A DNA stretch of 64,000 bases from a virus, in the IMG/VR virus record IMGVR_UViG_3300044732_000293, positions 36,842 to 100,841 of that record, one strand, 5' to 3'. The position numbers and the translations under genes are program-made. Each line of letters opens with the position of its first letter. The first letter of the stretch is position 1. The notes beneath the pieces are model-generated. The model did not search any database. It was not told the DNA's origin and saw only the letters and a program-made list of their open reading frames with translations. This document shows, piece after piece, positions 8,836-21,200 of this stretch.

Positions 8836-10698
8836 ATGGCTGATATTATAGAAAACAATAGTTTTATGGAAACACCTCCATTGGAAAATCTTGATGAAAC
8901 AATGATTGACCAACCTACTATTGAAACAGAGGGTGGGGAAGGTGATCCTATCAAGAAAGGTGCTACTTCTGTAAAGAAGAATACCACTCCAAAGTATGAT
9001 AATGATTTTGGTCAATTAAATACCACTGCAGCTGAAACTAGTAAAAAACTAGCTGAGTTTGCTCAGATGGTGTTTAAAACTGCAGGAGTAACTCCTACAC
9101 ATAAAGGTAAACCTATTACAGATTTATCTACAATCTCTACTGTAGTATCAGATAGTAAAGCTGCTCAAGAATTATATACACAAGCCTTAAGTGCTTTAGA
9201 GTCTCCAGATTTAGATGAAGATTCTATAGCTAAATTCTATACACAAGTATTTGAAATAGAAAGTGGATTTAATCGTTCTGCTGCTATTAAGCAACAGATT
9301 AATAAAAATCAAAAGCTTGTTGCTAGTTCTTTAGATGCAAAACGTAAAAATGCAAGTCCTTATTATTCTTTACTTCTTGATGCTAATGGTGATTTTGTAT
9401 CTAAAGAACAATATAAGCGTAATGTAAGAAAGTATTATGAGGATGACCAAGCTCAGTTTCTTAAAAATAATCCTAGAGAAGCCACTTTTGATTATCGTGG
9501 AAATCCTACACAATGGATGAGAACTGATATGCCTAACCCAATGGCAGGTAAAATGTATAAAGATAAGTCTGGTAGATGGATACAACTAGATTCAAGACCT
9601 AAATTGCAAGGAACTACTGAAGGTTGGGATTTAACTTTCCAAGCCCGTATGATGAATAATGCTAAAGCAATGAGAGAAAGGATTGAAAGTTATGATGATG
9701 CTATACAGCAGATTAAAGATGATTATAATGTAAATAATCAAATTACTACAGTAAAAACTACAGAGGAAGGTGTATTTAAAGAGGGAGGTTCTGATGCTAC
9801 AACATCATTAAGTTCATCATTTAGTTTTGATGGTGATGATTTTTTAAATAGAGATGCTAAAGGAAATATTCTTAAAGTAGAAGATGCAAGTTCTAAAAGT
9901 AAAGAAGCTAATATATTTAAACCTGAATTTAAAAACTTATACAATCTAGTAGATAGAACTAAATCTATGGAAGGAGCTATTATTGTATCGGGATCTCCTG
10001 AAGATTATGCTAGTGGTGTACCTGATAAGACAGATGATAAAGTAAAAGCAAGTTTAAATCAGTTTAATATTGATTTAGATGAACATATTAAAACCTTTTT
10101 TTCTCATAGTAAGAAATTAACTGCTACTAAGTTAAAAGGAAGACCAGCTGGAAATGTAAGTTTTCAACCAATTGCTTCTGGAAATGAAAACTATCAAGCA
10201 TATCATATTACATTTGGTTCAGGTTATGCTGAAAAACATGCGGGTAGTGAAAAGAAAAAGAAGGAACATCCTGAGTATCAAAAAGGTATTACAATATTTG
10301 TTCCTAAAGATAAGGCAGGAGCAACTAGAATTGGTGCTGCATCTTTAAGAGGAAGTACTATTTCTAATACAGAAGCTGCTATAAACATGAGTAGTGATAA
10401 TACTTATAGATTTACTATACCTGGAGCAGGAACTATTGAAGCTTCTAAAATAGGTGATAGTGCATATACAGTTAGTGGTAATTTTGTAAACTACAATAGA
10501 AATACTGGTAAGTATGATACTATTGCCATTAATCCTAAAAAATTTGAAATAGGTGCAAGTATGGCACTTGATATGGACGGTCATATAAAAGAAAATGTAG
10601 ATAGTCTTATAAGTAATCTAATAAAAAATAGAACTATAAAAAACTTTCATAATTCTCAGAAAGGTGTTACTGATCCTAACTTATTAAAACGTAACTAA
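8836..10698 (+). CDS. Putative virion ejection/cargo protein
   Basis: 620 aa, no Cys, in the virion block. Confidence 0.55.
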   Translation: MADIIENNSFMETPPLENLDETMIDQPTIETEGGEGDPIKKGATSVKKNTTPKYDNDFGQLNTTAAETSKKLAEFAQMVFKTAGVTPTHKGKPITDLSTISTVVSDSKAAQELYTQALSALESPDLDEDSIAKFYTQVFEIESGFNRSAAIKQQINKNQKLVASSLDAKRKNASPYYSLLLDANGDFVSKEQYKRNVRKYYEDDQAQFLKNNPREATFDYRGNPTQWMRTDMPNPMAGKMYKDKSGRWIQLDSRPKLQGTTEGWDLTFQARMMNNAKAMRERIESYDDAIQQIKDDYNVNNQITTVKTTEEGVFKEGGSDATTSLSSSFSFDGDDFLNRDAKGNILKVEDASSKSKEANIFKPEFKNLYNLVDRTKSMEGAIIVSGSPEDYASGVPDKTDDKVKASLNQFNIDLDEHIKTFFSHSKKLTATKLKGRPAGNVSFQPIASGNENYQAYHITFGSGYAEKHAGSEKKKKEHPEYQKGITIFVPKDKAGATRIGAASLRGSTISNTEAAINMSSDNTYRFTIPGAGTIEASKIGDSAYTVSGNFVNYNRNTGKYDTIAINPKKFEIGASMALDMDGHIKENVDSLISNLIKNRTIKNFHNSQKGVTDPNLLKRN

Positions 10699-10701
10699 TT
10701 T

Positions 10702-13700
10702 ATGGCAGCATTAGAAAATAATAACTTAGGAATGTCTAGTTCTGAAGATCAAGCTGTCACAGAAAATCAAGTGGATCTATCATTAGATTTATCTACAGCT
10801 GATAGTCCTATTGATCCTTTGAATGATTATAATTTAGATAACATTCAAGCTCAGAATAATAGTGTAGAGCAAGGAACTCCTGCTGTTAATAATACTCCTC
10901 AAGATCCTCCTACTAAAAAGAAAGTATATACAGAAGCTGACATTGTAGCTTTAGAAAATCAACAGAGAAAGTCTACTAAAGAGTGGGCTGAGTATGGTTC
11001 AATGATGGCTACAAAAAAATATGTAGATCCTAATCAGGCTGCTAGAAAGATATCATTTGATTCTAAAAAAACAAGATTAGATAGATATTTAGGATATGGT
11101 ACAGAAACTTTTAACAAAGTAGGCTTTAGTCCATTTGCTAATAATGAAGAAGTATTTAATAAGAATACTACAATGTGGCAGGACTATAAAAGAATGTCAG
11201 GCAACGCTGCTGCTTTAACATGGTTAGGGTTTAAACAGAACTTTGCTTTTGGTGCATTAGATTTTAATACTGAAGAAGAAAATACTAGAAAATATCAAGA
11301 GCTTAGTGATATAGGTATGTCTAGTAAAGGTGGTGTAGGTGCCTTTGGTAATAATTTAATTCTTAATGGTGGATATGGTATTGGTGTTGGGTATAGCATA
11401 TTAACAGAAGAACTTCTTATGTTAGGAGCAGAAGGTTTAACTTTTGGTGGAGCAACTCCATTGGTTGCCGCTCGTACTGCTCAAAACTTAACTAAACTTG
11501 GAAAGCTTCGTGCAATGTTTAGTGGTGCTGCTAGTAGTGGTTTTAAAAGTGTTGAACTAGCTAGAACCGGTCTTAATGTATTTAAGTCATTGAAAGGTGC
11601 AGATAAAGCTAAAGATTTTTATACATCAATAAAAACTTTTGGTAAAGCTACAGGTAACTTTCTTAATCCTTTAGCTAGAGTTACTGATGATATTATGACA
11701 GGAAGTAATGTTGTTAGAAATGCTAGCAATATGGCTAAAATGTCTAAAACATTTGGTTCTTTCTATAGAGACGTAAGAGATATTAATGTAGCTCTTGGAG
11801 AATCTAAATTAGAAGGAGGTACTAAGAAACAAGAAGTTATTGACTTTGAAATTAATAAGTATAAGGAAGCTAATGGTAAAATGCCAGAGGGCAAAGACTT
11901 ACAAAACATATATGCTAAAGCTGAAGATGTATATCAAGGTGTTGTAGGTTTAAACTTACCTATTATATATTATACAAACCGTATTACGTTTGATGGTCTA
12001 TTTAAATTTAGAGGTTTTAAAACTTTAGAACAAGCTGGTAAAACTGTAGATCTTTCTAGCAAAGGTATTAAGTTTACAGCTGGTAAAGGATTTAGTGTTG
12101 AAGCAGCTAAGAAATGGTCACAAGTTAGTCTTAGAAAGTATCCAGGTATGATGTGGAACTATTCTAAACGTAATATATCTGAAGGTTTACAGGAGAACTT
12201 ACAGAATGTAATCTCTGACGGTGTTGGGGATTATTATGATGCTGTATATAAAGATCCTACATTAGGTGGATTTAACTTTGCAGCAGCAACTGCAGCTACC
12301 AATCTTAAAAAAGAATTTACTTCTGCTCGTGGTGCTGAAACTTTTCTTACAGGTTTCTTAATGGGAGCTGTAGCAGGTCCAGCACAAAGTGTATTCCTTA
12401 CTGAAACTCCAGGACTTTACTATAGAGGTAAAGATCTTGTAATGAAGACTAATGACTTTAAAGCTTATAAAGCTAAGAAGGCTGAACAAATTAAAGAGAA
12501 GGTAACTACACTTAATGAATTATACAAGAACCCATTAGATTTCTTTAGTGCTACTCAAGAGAATGCTGCTTCTCAGAATGCTGCATACACTACAATGATG
12601 CAGGCTGAGGATAATGGTGATGCTAAAACATACCAAGATACTAAAGATATTAGTTTATTTAATCATGTATTTACATCTATTAATAATGGAACATTTGATG
12701 ATCTTATAGATGGTTATAAGCAAATGGCTAAGTTAGATCCTAAGGAGCTAGCTGACTATCTTAAAGTGGAAGATGTAACTAAAGCTAAAGATAAGATACA
12801 AGAGGTTATTACAAGAGCTGAGCAGATTCAATCTACTTATAATAAGGTTAACTCTAAGTTTCAAAATCCATTTAATCCTTCTCAGTACAAGCCTGGTGAC
12901 CCAGAGCATGAAAGAGAAGCTATTGCTTATACAGCTTTTGAAAGAGCTAAAAGAAGTTTAGCTGTAGCTGAGCATGGCTTTGAACGTAGTATAGAAAGAA
13001 TGGAAAGTCTTTACCAAGATATTTCTACTAATCGTCCTATAGAGAAATCTAGTAATTCTGATTATAGTATATTGCTAAATGCTGAGTCTATTAAGAATGA
13101 GATATATACTCTTAGAAAAGAGATTGCATCATTTGGTCCGGAGTCTCAACAGAATCCTGAACAAAAGAAGTTAGCTAAACAAAAGCTTCAAAAGTTAGAA
13201 GACCTTCAAGAGTACAGAGATAATCTTGATAGTCATTTGGCAGCTATTAAAAGCCAAGAAAGCATTCAGAATGGTGAGTTTGTAATTCAACCTATTGCTG
13301 AATCATATGAGTCTTTAAGAAATAGTTATAAGAAGTATTTAAAAAATATTGCTAAGTTATCTGGTGATTATGTATTTGATAATAAAATAGATGATTCATT
13401 TGATAAGCTTGCAGATTACTATTCTTTAAATAATGATGCTAAGAATCTTAGTAATGTTATTAATACATTGTTAGATCCAACTAACTTATATGCTCATGCC
13501 GAGACTATAAATGACAAGCTTAATAAAATTTTTGAGGATAGAGGAAGAAGCTTTGAAGAGCAAATGGAAAGCTATTCTAGAATGGCAGAGATGAATGCTT
13601 TAATAGAAGAGTTGGCTAAAGCAGGAGTGGTAATTGATCAAGATGAATTTGTAGAATATATTAAAAGTGGTAAGCGTCCTACTAAGTTTTTAGATAAGGA

Positions 13701-15288
13701 TACAGGTAAACCTGTAGACCCAGAATCTGAAAAAGCTAAAGATGCTCAGCATGCATTTGATGTAGATGACCAAATCAAGAATAGACCTAGTCCTACTACT
13801 CCTAATGTAACTACAGAAGCTGCGGCTACTCCAACAGAAGCAGAACCTACTATAGAAGAAGAGTTAGTAGCTGCAGGAGTGTCAGAAGAAGAACAAGCTT
13901 TGCGTAAGGCTTACCGTGATTACTTATCTGAAAATCCAGATGCTGACGTTAGTTATGAAGACTTTGTAACTCAATCTGCTAAAGCTGCTAGAATTAAGAA
14001 AGACTTTGCTCAAAAGAAAGTTGAGCCAGTTGCTGTTGAACCAATAGAAGAAGCTCCAGCTGAACCTACTTCTGTAGCAGAAGCTCCGGTTGTAAAAGAA
14101 GAAGTTGCAGAAGCCGCTTCTGTAGTAGACTTAAATGCAGAACTAGAAAAACAGTTTACTGAAGAAAGAGATCAAAAGCTTTCAGATTTGATGCCTCTCT
14201 ACGCTACAGCTAGAAAGACTATGATGCAATTAGGGGATGAAGCGTTAGATCCAGAAGACCGTAATATTTTAGCAGATCCTGTTAAGTATTTAGAAGGTCG
14301 CATTGCACAAGGGGAATATAGTTTACAGCTAGATATAGATAAGTTAAAAGCACTTGATACTAATAATCCTGATAATGCTAAGAAAGCTGAAAACTTACAA
14401 CGTGATATTGATACAGAAAAAATTGTTTTAGAAAAGACAAACGTTAAACTTGAGCAGATAAAGGCTGTAATAGCTGAGTATAATGATAAGATGAGTAGAA
14501 TAGGAGAAACTGTTGTTACGTCTGCTCCAGATACGTTTAATTTAGATATTCGTACAACTGTTGCAGAGAATCTATACAAACAATTGCTAGCTGGTAAAGC
14601 TTATGCAGACTTTACTCCTAATGAGTTAAATCTTATAAATACTTTATCATTTGAAAGAAGAGAAGAAATTAAATCGGAGTATGAAGAAACGCAGAGATCG
14701 GCAGAAAAAACCGGTACCCAAAAAGCTCAGGATCTAATAAATTCCGTATCTTCTATTAGGGACTTGCCTAATCTTAACTCTAGTGTAGCTAATGGGGTAA
14801 CTGTCAAGATTATAGCTCTTATGAGAGATAATCCAGATATCAAAGCTTCAGATGTTACTACTATGATAGATGTTAAACGCAAGGAATTTATAGAAAATCT
14901 ACAAACTTCTGACTTAAAACCAGGGGATATTATTACCTTTGCTGATGGTAAAAAGGGTATGGTTAAAAAGTCATCTAACCAAGAGGTAAGTATTAAACTA
15001 CCTAGGGTTGCAGATGTTTTAGTCTTAAACCAAGAAGACCTATCAAAAAGAATAACTATGGTAGAAGCAGGAACAGTAGCAAAAGCTAAAGCAGAACCTC
15101 CAGTAGAGATTGCTGAAAGTGATAAGAAAGAAGTAGAAGCATCTAGAGATGCTGTAGATGGGTTTACGTCTAATGCTGCTAAAGTACAAGAGCTTAATAA
15201 AGAAATACTTGCTAACACTGGTAAGGATAATAGTGCTAATGTAAATAACTTAATTGACAAACTTGGTTGTAAGACCAATGCTAAATAA
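10702..15288 (+). CDS. Giant virion (ejected) protein 1, with hydrophobic/Gly-rich membrane-insertion-like segments
   Basis: 1528 aa; SEGLQENLQ and GFLMGAVAG segments; first of the three-giant-gene block; single Cys near the C-terminus. Confidence 0.7.
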   Translation: MAALENNNLGMSSSEDQAVTENQVDLSLDLSTADSPIDPLNDYNLDNIQAQNNSVEQGTPAVNNTPQDPPTKKKVYTEADIVALENQQRKSTKEWAEYGSMMATKKYVDPNQAARKISFDSKKTRLDRYLGYGTETFNKVGFSPFANNEEVFNKNTTMWQDYKRMSGNAAALTWLGFKQNFAFGALDFNTEEENTRKYQELSDIGMSSKGGVGAFGNNLILNGGYGIGVGYSILTEELLMLGAEGLTFGGATPLVAARTAQNLTKLGKLRAMFSGAASSGFKSVELARTGLNVFKSLKGADKAKDFYTSIKTFGKATGNFLNPLARVTDDIMTGSNVVRNASNMAKMSKTFGSFYRDVRDINVALGESKLEGGTKKQEVIDFEINKYKEANGKMPEGKDLQNIYAKAEDVYQGVVGLNLPIIYYTNRITFDGLFKFRGFKTLEQAGKTVDLSSKGIKFTAGKGFSVEAAKKWSQVSLRKYPGMMWNYSKRNISEGLQENLQNVISDGVGDYYDAVYKDPTLGGFNFAAATAATNLKKEFTSARGAETFLTGFLMGAVAGPAQSVFLTETPGLYYRGKDLVMKTNDFKAYKAKKAEQIKEKVTTLNELYKNPLDFFSATQENAASQNAAYTTMMQAEDNGDAKTYQDTKDISLFNHVFTSINNGTFDDLIDGYKQMAKLDPKELADYLKVEDVTKAKDKIQEVITRAEQIQSTYNKVNSKFQNPFNPSQYKPGDPEHEREAIAYTAFERAKRSLAVAEHGFERSIERMESLYQDISTNRPIEKSSNSDYSILLNAESIKNEIYTLRKEIASFGPESQQNPEQKKLAKQKLQKLEDLQEYRDNLDSHLAAIKSQESIQNGEFVIQPIAESYESLRNSYKKYLKNIAKLSGDYVFDNKIDDSFDKLADYYSLNNDAKNLSNVINTLLDPTNLYAHAETINDKLNKIFEDRGRSFEEQMESYSRMAEMNALIEELAKAGVVIDQDEFVEYIKSGKRPTKFLDKDTGKPVDPESEKAKDAQHAFDVDDQIKNRPSPTTPNVTTEAAATPTEAEPTIEEELVAAGVSEEEQALRKAYRDYLSENPDADVSYEDFVTQSAKAARIKKDFAQKKVEPVAVEPIEEAPAEPTSVAEAPVVKEEVAEAASVVDLNAELEKQFTEERDQKLSDLMPLYATARKTMMQLGDEALDPEDRNILADPVKYLEGRIAQGEYSLQLDIDKLKALDTNNPDNAKKAENLQRDIDTEKIVLEKTNVKLEQIKAVIAEYNDKMSRIGETVVTSAPDTFNLDIRTTVAENLYKQLLAGKAYADFTPNELNLINTLSFERREEIKSEYEETQRSAEKTGTQKAQDLINSVSSIRDLPNLNSSVANGVTVKIIALMRDNPDIKASDVTTMIDVKRKEFIENLQTSDLKPGDIITFADGKKGMVKKSSNQEVSIKLPRVADVLVLNQEDLSKRITMVEAGTVAKAKAEPPVEIAESDKKEVEASRDAVDGFTSNAAKVQELNKEILANTGKDNSANVNNLIDKLGCKTNAK

Positions 15289-15293
15289 TAATT

Positions 15294-18200
15294 ATGGCTT
15301 GTAGATTATCAGATGAACAGGTAGAAGCGTTATATACAACAGTTCTTGGTGATATAGTTGCTACTAAGAATAGTGGTGGAATATATAATCCAGATACTGC
15401 TATACGTACATTATATCAAACTTTAATGGCAGCGGGTGCTGACCAGACAAATGCTCTTGACTATATTCAGCATGTTCCAAGAATGATCAATGCTGCTTAT
15501 GGTAGTTTAGAAGAGATAGCTGATTACTTACAGGATAGTAATGTAAGTATTGATAATCTAAATAAAATGAGAAGAGACTTTAAGGACATTAATAATGTTA
15601 TGTCTTTTCTTGATTTAAATAATAACACTATAGAGATTATAGAAGAGATTGTAGAAGATAGCAATCCTTCCACTCCTGTAGTTCCTACTGATGTATACAC
15701 TGAGATTGAGAACTCAGATGTTGAAAAGAAACAGAAGTTATATAATAATCGTTCCTTTATAGCTGCTCCTGAAACGGCATTAGCTGTTTTTAATCAGGAA
15801 GCTCAAGACTACGATGGTGCTGTAGCAGAAGATAACATTGCAGATCCTGATCCTAAGAAGAAAACTTACTATGCTGTAGTAAGAAAGATCAATGCTTTAA
15901 TGAACTTATTAAATGCTAGTACTGCTAACAATCTTAAAATGGGTACCACAACTGGTATCTTTATGAATTTAGTAAAGGCTTCATCTATTGATGAGGCTGA
16001 CTTATATGTTTCAGACACAAAATTTATTAACCAGAGTGAAGAAAACAGAGCATATCATAATGATTCTGCTTTGGCACTCGTATATACAGACAAAAATGGT
16101 AAAGTATTATATTTTGATGAAGAAGGTAATATCACAAGTAAAGAAGCTGGCGGTAAACTTGTTTACGGCAAAATAAGAAATGTTTACTCTGATGCTAGAA
16201 CAGGAAACAAGTATGTGCCTAGAGTACAAACTGTAGAGAGAAAGGTTGAGAAAGGTATGGGAACTCAAGAAGAGTTACAAGCTGAAAGACAAAAAGAGAT
16301 TGATGTTTTAGAAGGTGCTCGTAAATTTCTTAAAGAAAATCCTACAGGATCTTTAATGTTTTCTATTACTCCTGGTAGAAATGGATATGTTAATGAAGAC
16401 TTTAGTACTATTAATACTATTGGTTCTATACAATTACCTGATGGATTTAAACCTACAGTGGCTAAAGAAGATACTGGTATCTATAAGTCTGGTGGTGTAT
16501 ACTTTCATGTTCCAGGTTATTCTCTTCCTATTCTTGTACGTAGACCTAAGTTTAGCCAATTAAATAATAATCTAGCTGAGAACTTAGCTGACTTGTTATT
16601 TGATAATACTAATAATAAACAGTCTAATGCTGAAAAGATTGCTATTGTAAAACAGTTTACATATAGTAATGACACTAAAGTATTTGACCGTGACGGTAAG
16701 ATTTTTGTAAAGCAAGGAGAGCAAGAGTTAGATACCACTGTTGCTGCTAATCGTGAAGCATTCTTACAGAACTTAAATGGTCAAGTAGTAAACATTAATA
16801 AAGACTTAGTTAATGGTTACGTAGATATGCCTGTAAATCTAGATGGTAGTGTACAAGTTCAAAAGGAGTTATACAATAACTTTTTAACTAGTAACTTCTA
16901 TACTCACTTAGCTAAAAATGCTGAGGGTAAGGTGGTAAGCATGAATGCTTATAACAATATCTTTCCTACAGTAGAATCTCAAACTAAGTTATTTGGAGAA
17001 ACTAAGACTACTAAAACTGCTCCTGTTAGTTTAACGGAAGCTACTCCTACAGATAATAAGATTAGTCCTTTAGCTGAATTGCTAAAGAATACTGACTTCT
17101 CTTTAAAGAAATCTATATTAGAGAACAGTGATGCTACAGAAGAGCAGATTGAAAAAGCAAGAGCTTGGTATACTAGTAGCCCATTAGCTAAAGTGGTTCC
17201 TTTTGAAACTATGTTTCATGTAGTGAACTCAAATGCATTAGCTACATTTACTTTATCTGGTATTACTCTATTCCAAGGATCTAACTACACTGACTTATAC
17301 CATGAGGGATGGCATGCTTTCTCTCAATTGTTTTTAACTAGAGATCAGAAAGTTGATTTATATAATGAAACTAGAAAGCTTACAGGATCTTTTAAAACTG
17401 CTGATGGTAGAACTATAAAGTTCAGTGCAGCTAGTGATATTCAATTAGAAGAATTCTTAGCAGAAGACTACCGTAAATACGGTATGGCTGATGGTAAGTA
17501 TATAGTTGCTGGTAGAGGAACTCGTAATACATTATTTAGACGTATACTAAACTTCTTAAAGGCTGTATTTAAAGGATACAGTATTAAAGATGCTATTAGT
17601 GAAGCTACAGCTATTCCTAAGATAGGAGAGCTTTATGAAAAGCTTTACATAGGAAATATTAATGACTATAGTGCATCATTAAACAATGTACAGTTTAAGA
17701 TATTAAACAAAGGTGCTCAACCTTTAGATGATAAGAATATTGACGGTGGATTAAACTACCAAGATTCTATGACTCTTGTAGAAACTATTGATTCATTGAT
17801 GGCTTCTACATTACAAGACTATGGAGTTAATCTTGGTGTACTATTTACTAATCCAGAATTTACTGCTCCATTATATGCAGAGATTAAGAATAAATTAGAG
17901 AACATGTTAAATGCTCCTGATCTTTCTGAAAGCTCTAAAAGAATATTAAACTTTGCTTTAAATGAGTGGGGTGATTATACAGCTGTTAGCAAAGGAGAAC
18001 AGGAGTTAGGTGTTATTGCATTTCATAAGAAGAGATCTTCTTATTTAACTTTTGATGAAAAGTATTCAGATCTAACTGGAGCTGAACAAGATATTAATGA
18101 AAATGCAGCTGATGTAGTTAAAGATGAAGACAACCAATTATCTATTACAGAAAATGAAGCTCGTGAAAGTTTTGGAGCTAATGCTTTTGAACGCAAGGGT

Positions 18201-21200
18201 AATGAGTTATCAGTTAGAGAACTAGCTAGTAACCAAACTGTATATTTAATTAAGAGTCTTCCAGCTTTAGATAAGAACGGTAAGGTGGAAATGAATGCTT
18301 TAGGTGTTCCTAAATTAACTGACTTTAATAGAACCTGGGGAGTTGTTATAAATACTGTACAGGGAGCTATTGATGAGGTGGATATGTATAGAAAGCTTAG
18401 TGAAGCATCTACTAGATTTCCTGAATTAAAGGCTTTAGTTGAACGTCTAGGTGATCCTATGGAAAAGACTCAGACTTCAGACTGGCCGGCTATGAACATG
18501 TGGATTAACTTCCATCGTGATTTTAGTGTGTACCGTGTACCTGTTAGAGAAGTTCGTATAGTTAAAAGTGAAATTCCAGGAGAAGAAGGATCTACATTTA
18601 GTGTAGAGTTCACTGAAACTAACCCTACATTTAAGCAAGTTGAGAATACCTTTAAGTCTCAGTTTGATGCTGTAAGAAACAATAAGTATGTACGAAATAC
18701 TCCTCAAGGTAATCAATTAAATATAGAGTCTATACTTAATGATTTTCCTAAGAGCACTCTTATGAGTGGTACATCTAAACTTAACTCTGAGCAAGCTATT
18801 AAGTTTTTAAAAGCTATTGGTTTATACATGACTGATAACCAAGCAGTTAGAGAAAGTTTAAATGAAAATTATACAGCAGTTACTTATTTACATTCTGCTC
18901 TATCTAGAATTAACTATTTTAATTCTTCTAAAGAGGCTGGTAGTAAAATAACTATCAATAGTCCAATAGACTTTTTACGTAATGAATTAAAGAACGTTAC
19001 TACTAAAGATAGTAAGGGTAACACTACTCTTTTACATAAAGGGGAGTCTTCTAATATAGAAAAGCTTCTTAATATAGAAGGAACTAACTCTGGTAAGTAT
19101 AGTAATAATTCTGTAGAAAACGTTAATGGAGATTCTATATTTGATCTATCATTAAACAATACAGTTACTAAACAGTTTGCTGAGTTGAATGCTGCAGGAA
19201 AGAACTATAATGATGTAGTTGGAAAGCCTCACATGGCTCATTTAAATTTTAGAAATAATCCAGCTGCTAAATACAGCATTTGGATGAACAGTATGTTCCA
19301 TATTCCTACAGGTAACTTTGAGACAGCTAACATGAATCAAAGAAGAGTGGGTAAGACTAATGCTGAAACTGTTACTATTGATATAGTAAACTTAGATGGT
19401 ATTAAAGAAGTGGTTAGCAATGAGGCTAAAGCTCAATTTAGAGTGAATGGTATTAAGACTACTTCTGCTGACCCAGCTACTAAGTTTATAATGGACTTAC
19501 ATACTATGTTGATGAGAGGTGTGATTGAAGCCCCTAGACATGCTTCTAAATCTACAGCATATGGTTACTCAGTATCTTTACTCAATACACCATTTAATGC
19601 CAAATCTCGTCACTTATACATCAGTAGTGAGTACTTTGCAGATGATGCTGTAGCTAACAATGCTACGGTAGCTATGCTTAAGCCAAAGATTGCTGCTGAG
19701 ATGGAACGTATAGCTATGCTTAGGGCAGGTATGCTTCCTAATATTCCTGGGTTTAATGAAAGAGGTCAAACCTTTACAATGTTTGATGACATTCTTTCTG
19801 ATGGATTAAAGGCAGACTTAATAGAAATGGCTAATGCTGATGACTCATTAGTGCTTCTAGAAGATGCTGAGTTATCAAAAAGAATATCTAATGATATATC
19901 TAAGTATATAAATAGATTAACTCAAGAGAATCTAGATGTGTTTGGTGAAATGCCATTCATTTCTAAAGATATCTTAAGAGGTGGAGCTAGAGGATCTGCT
20001 AAAAGTATTGTGAGTTTAATAGGTGCCGGGGCTAATTTAACTGATGCTCAACTTAAGACAATAGCTCTTAAGTCATTCACTGTAAATGCTCTTATCCATA
20101 ATATGGAAAGCATGGCTATGGTCTATGGAGACTTAGCTATGTATAATCATAATAAAGAAGAGTTTCATAAGCGTAATGCTTCTATAGGATCTACTGGTAG
20201 AATTTTTGCTTCTGGTCAAGCTACTACTAACTTTGTAAATAACCTTGGTAGAGCCTATGCTAAAAAGATAGGAGCTACTGAAAGAACCTTTGATGGCAGT
20301 ATTAACTCAGTGATATTTAAAGATAATAACGTTGAATCAGTATATTATAATGAATATCTTGATGCTCTTGTTGCTAAAGGATATACTAAAGAACAAGCTG
20401 CTTCTGTATTAAAACCTTATTCAGAAATGAATGAAGGTGATGCTCAAGGATGGGTAACTTTTGATTCTTACCGTATGTTCTCTATTTTAGAAGGAGCATG
20501 GTCTGAGAAGCAGAATGATCTTTATAACAAGATTATTAATGAAGAAGAGGTTGATCCTAAAGAAATTAGTGAATTCTTCCCTACAAAGAAGTTTCAGTAT
20601 GCTGGTCCTGTTAAGAGTGACAAGTTACATTTACAAGCTTTTCATAAGTTCTCATTAGTACCGTTAATCCCTAGTTTAATTAAAGGGACTAATATGCAAA
20701 CCGTGCATGATAACTTAGTTAAACAACAAGTGGATTATGCTCTATTTGAATCTGGAAGTAAGTTAGCTACTATTACTAAAGATGGTCAGTATGATGATCT
20801 ATATGATAATAAAGAAGAGAGAACTACTAAGCCTTGGAATCAAGGAGATGCTGAGTACACTACTAATAAAGTGTTTATTCAGTATTTAAAAGATCAAGTG
20901 GATATTCAATCTACTTGGAAAAACAAAACTGTATTCTCCACTCAGCTTAGAAAGTTGATTATCAATGACTTATTTAAACAAGGTATAGCTACATCTAAAG
21001 ACTTTAACAAGTTAGTAACTGACTTTGAGGGTTTACTTGATGATCTTCAGACTAAAAAGAAGAATGAGTTACTTGCTGAAGCTGGTTGGACACAAGATAA
21101 AAAAGGAAACTATAACGGTAGTGTAAAAAGTCTAATGGACTTTGTTGAAAGAGAGTTAGCTCGTCAAGAACTACCTGAGCATGATGTAGACTTTGTAAGA

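Noticed and set aside
8819-8838. A7 run before the stop of the 459-aa gene; losing one A would fuse it to the 620-aa gene
   Set aside because: The downstream gene has a normal ATG and start context, a -1 slip hits a stop quickly, and A-runs are common here. Only read data or fused homologues would revive it.
14199-15278. Long antisense ORFs (126 and 183 aa) and similar shadow ORFs under the giant genes
   Set aside because: They mirror the sense codon bias, have no motifs, and lack credible start contexts.
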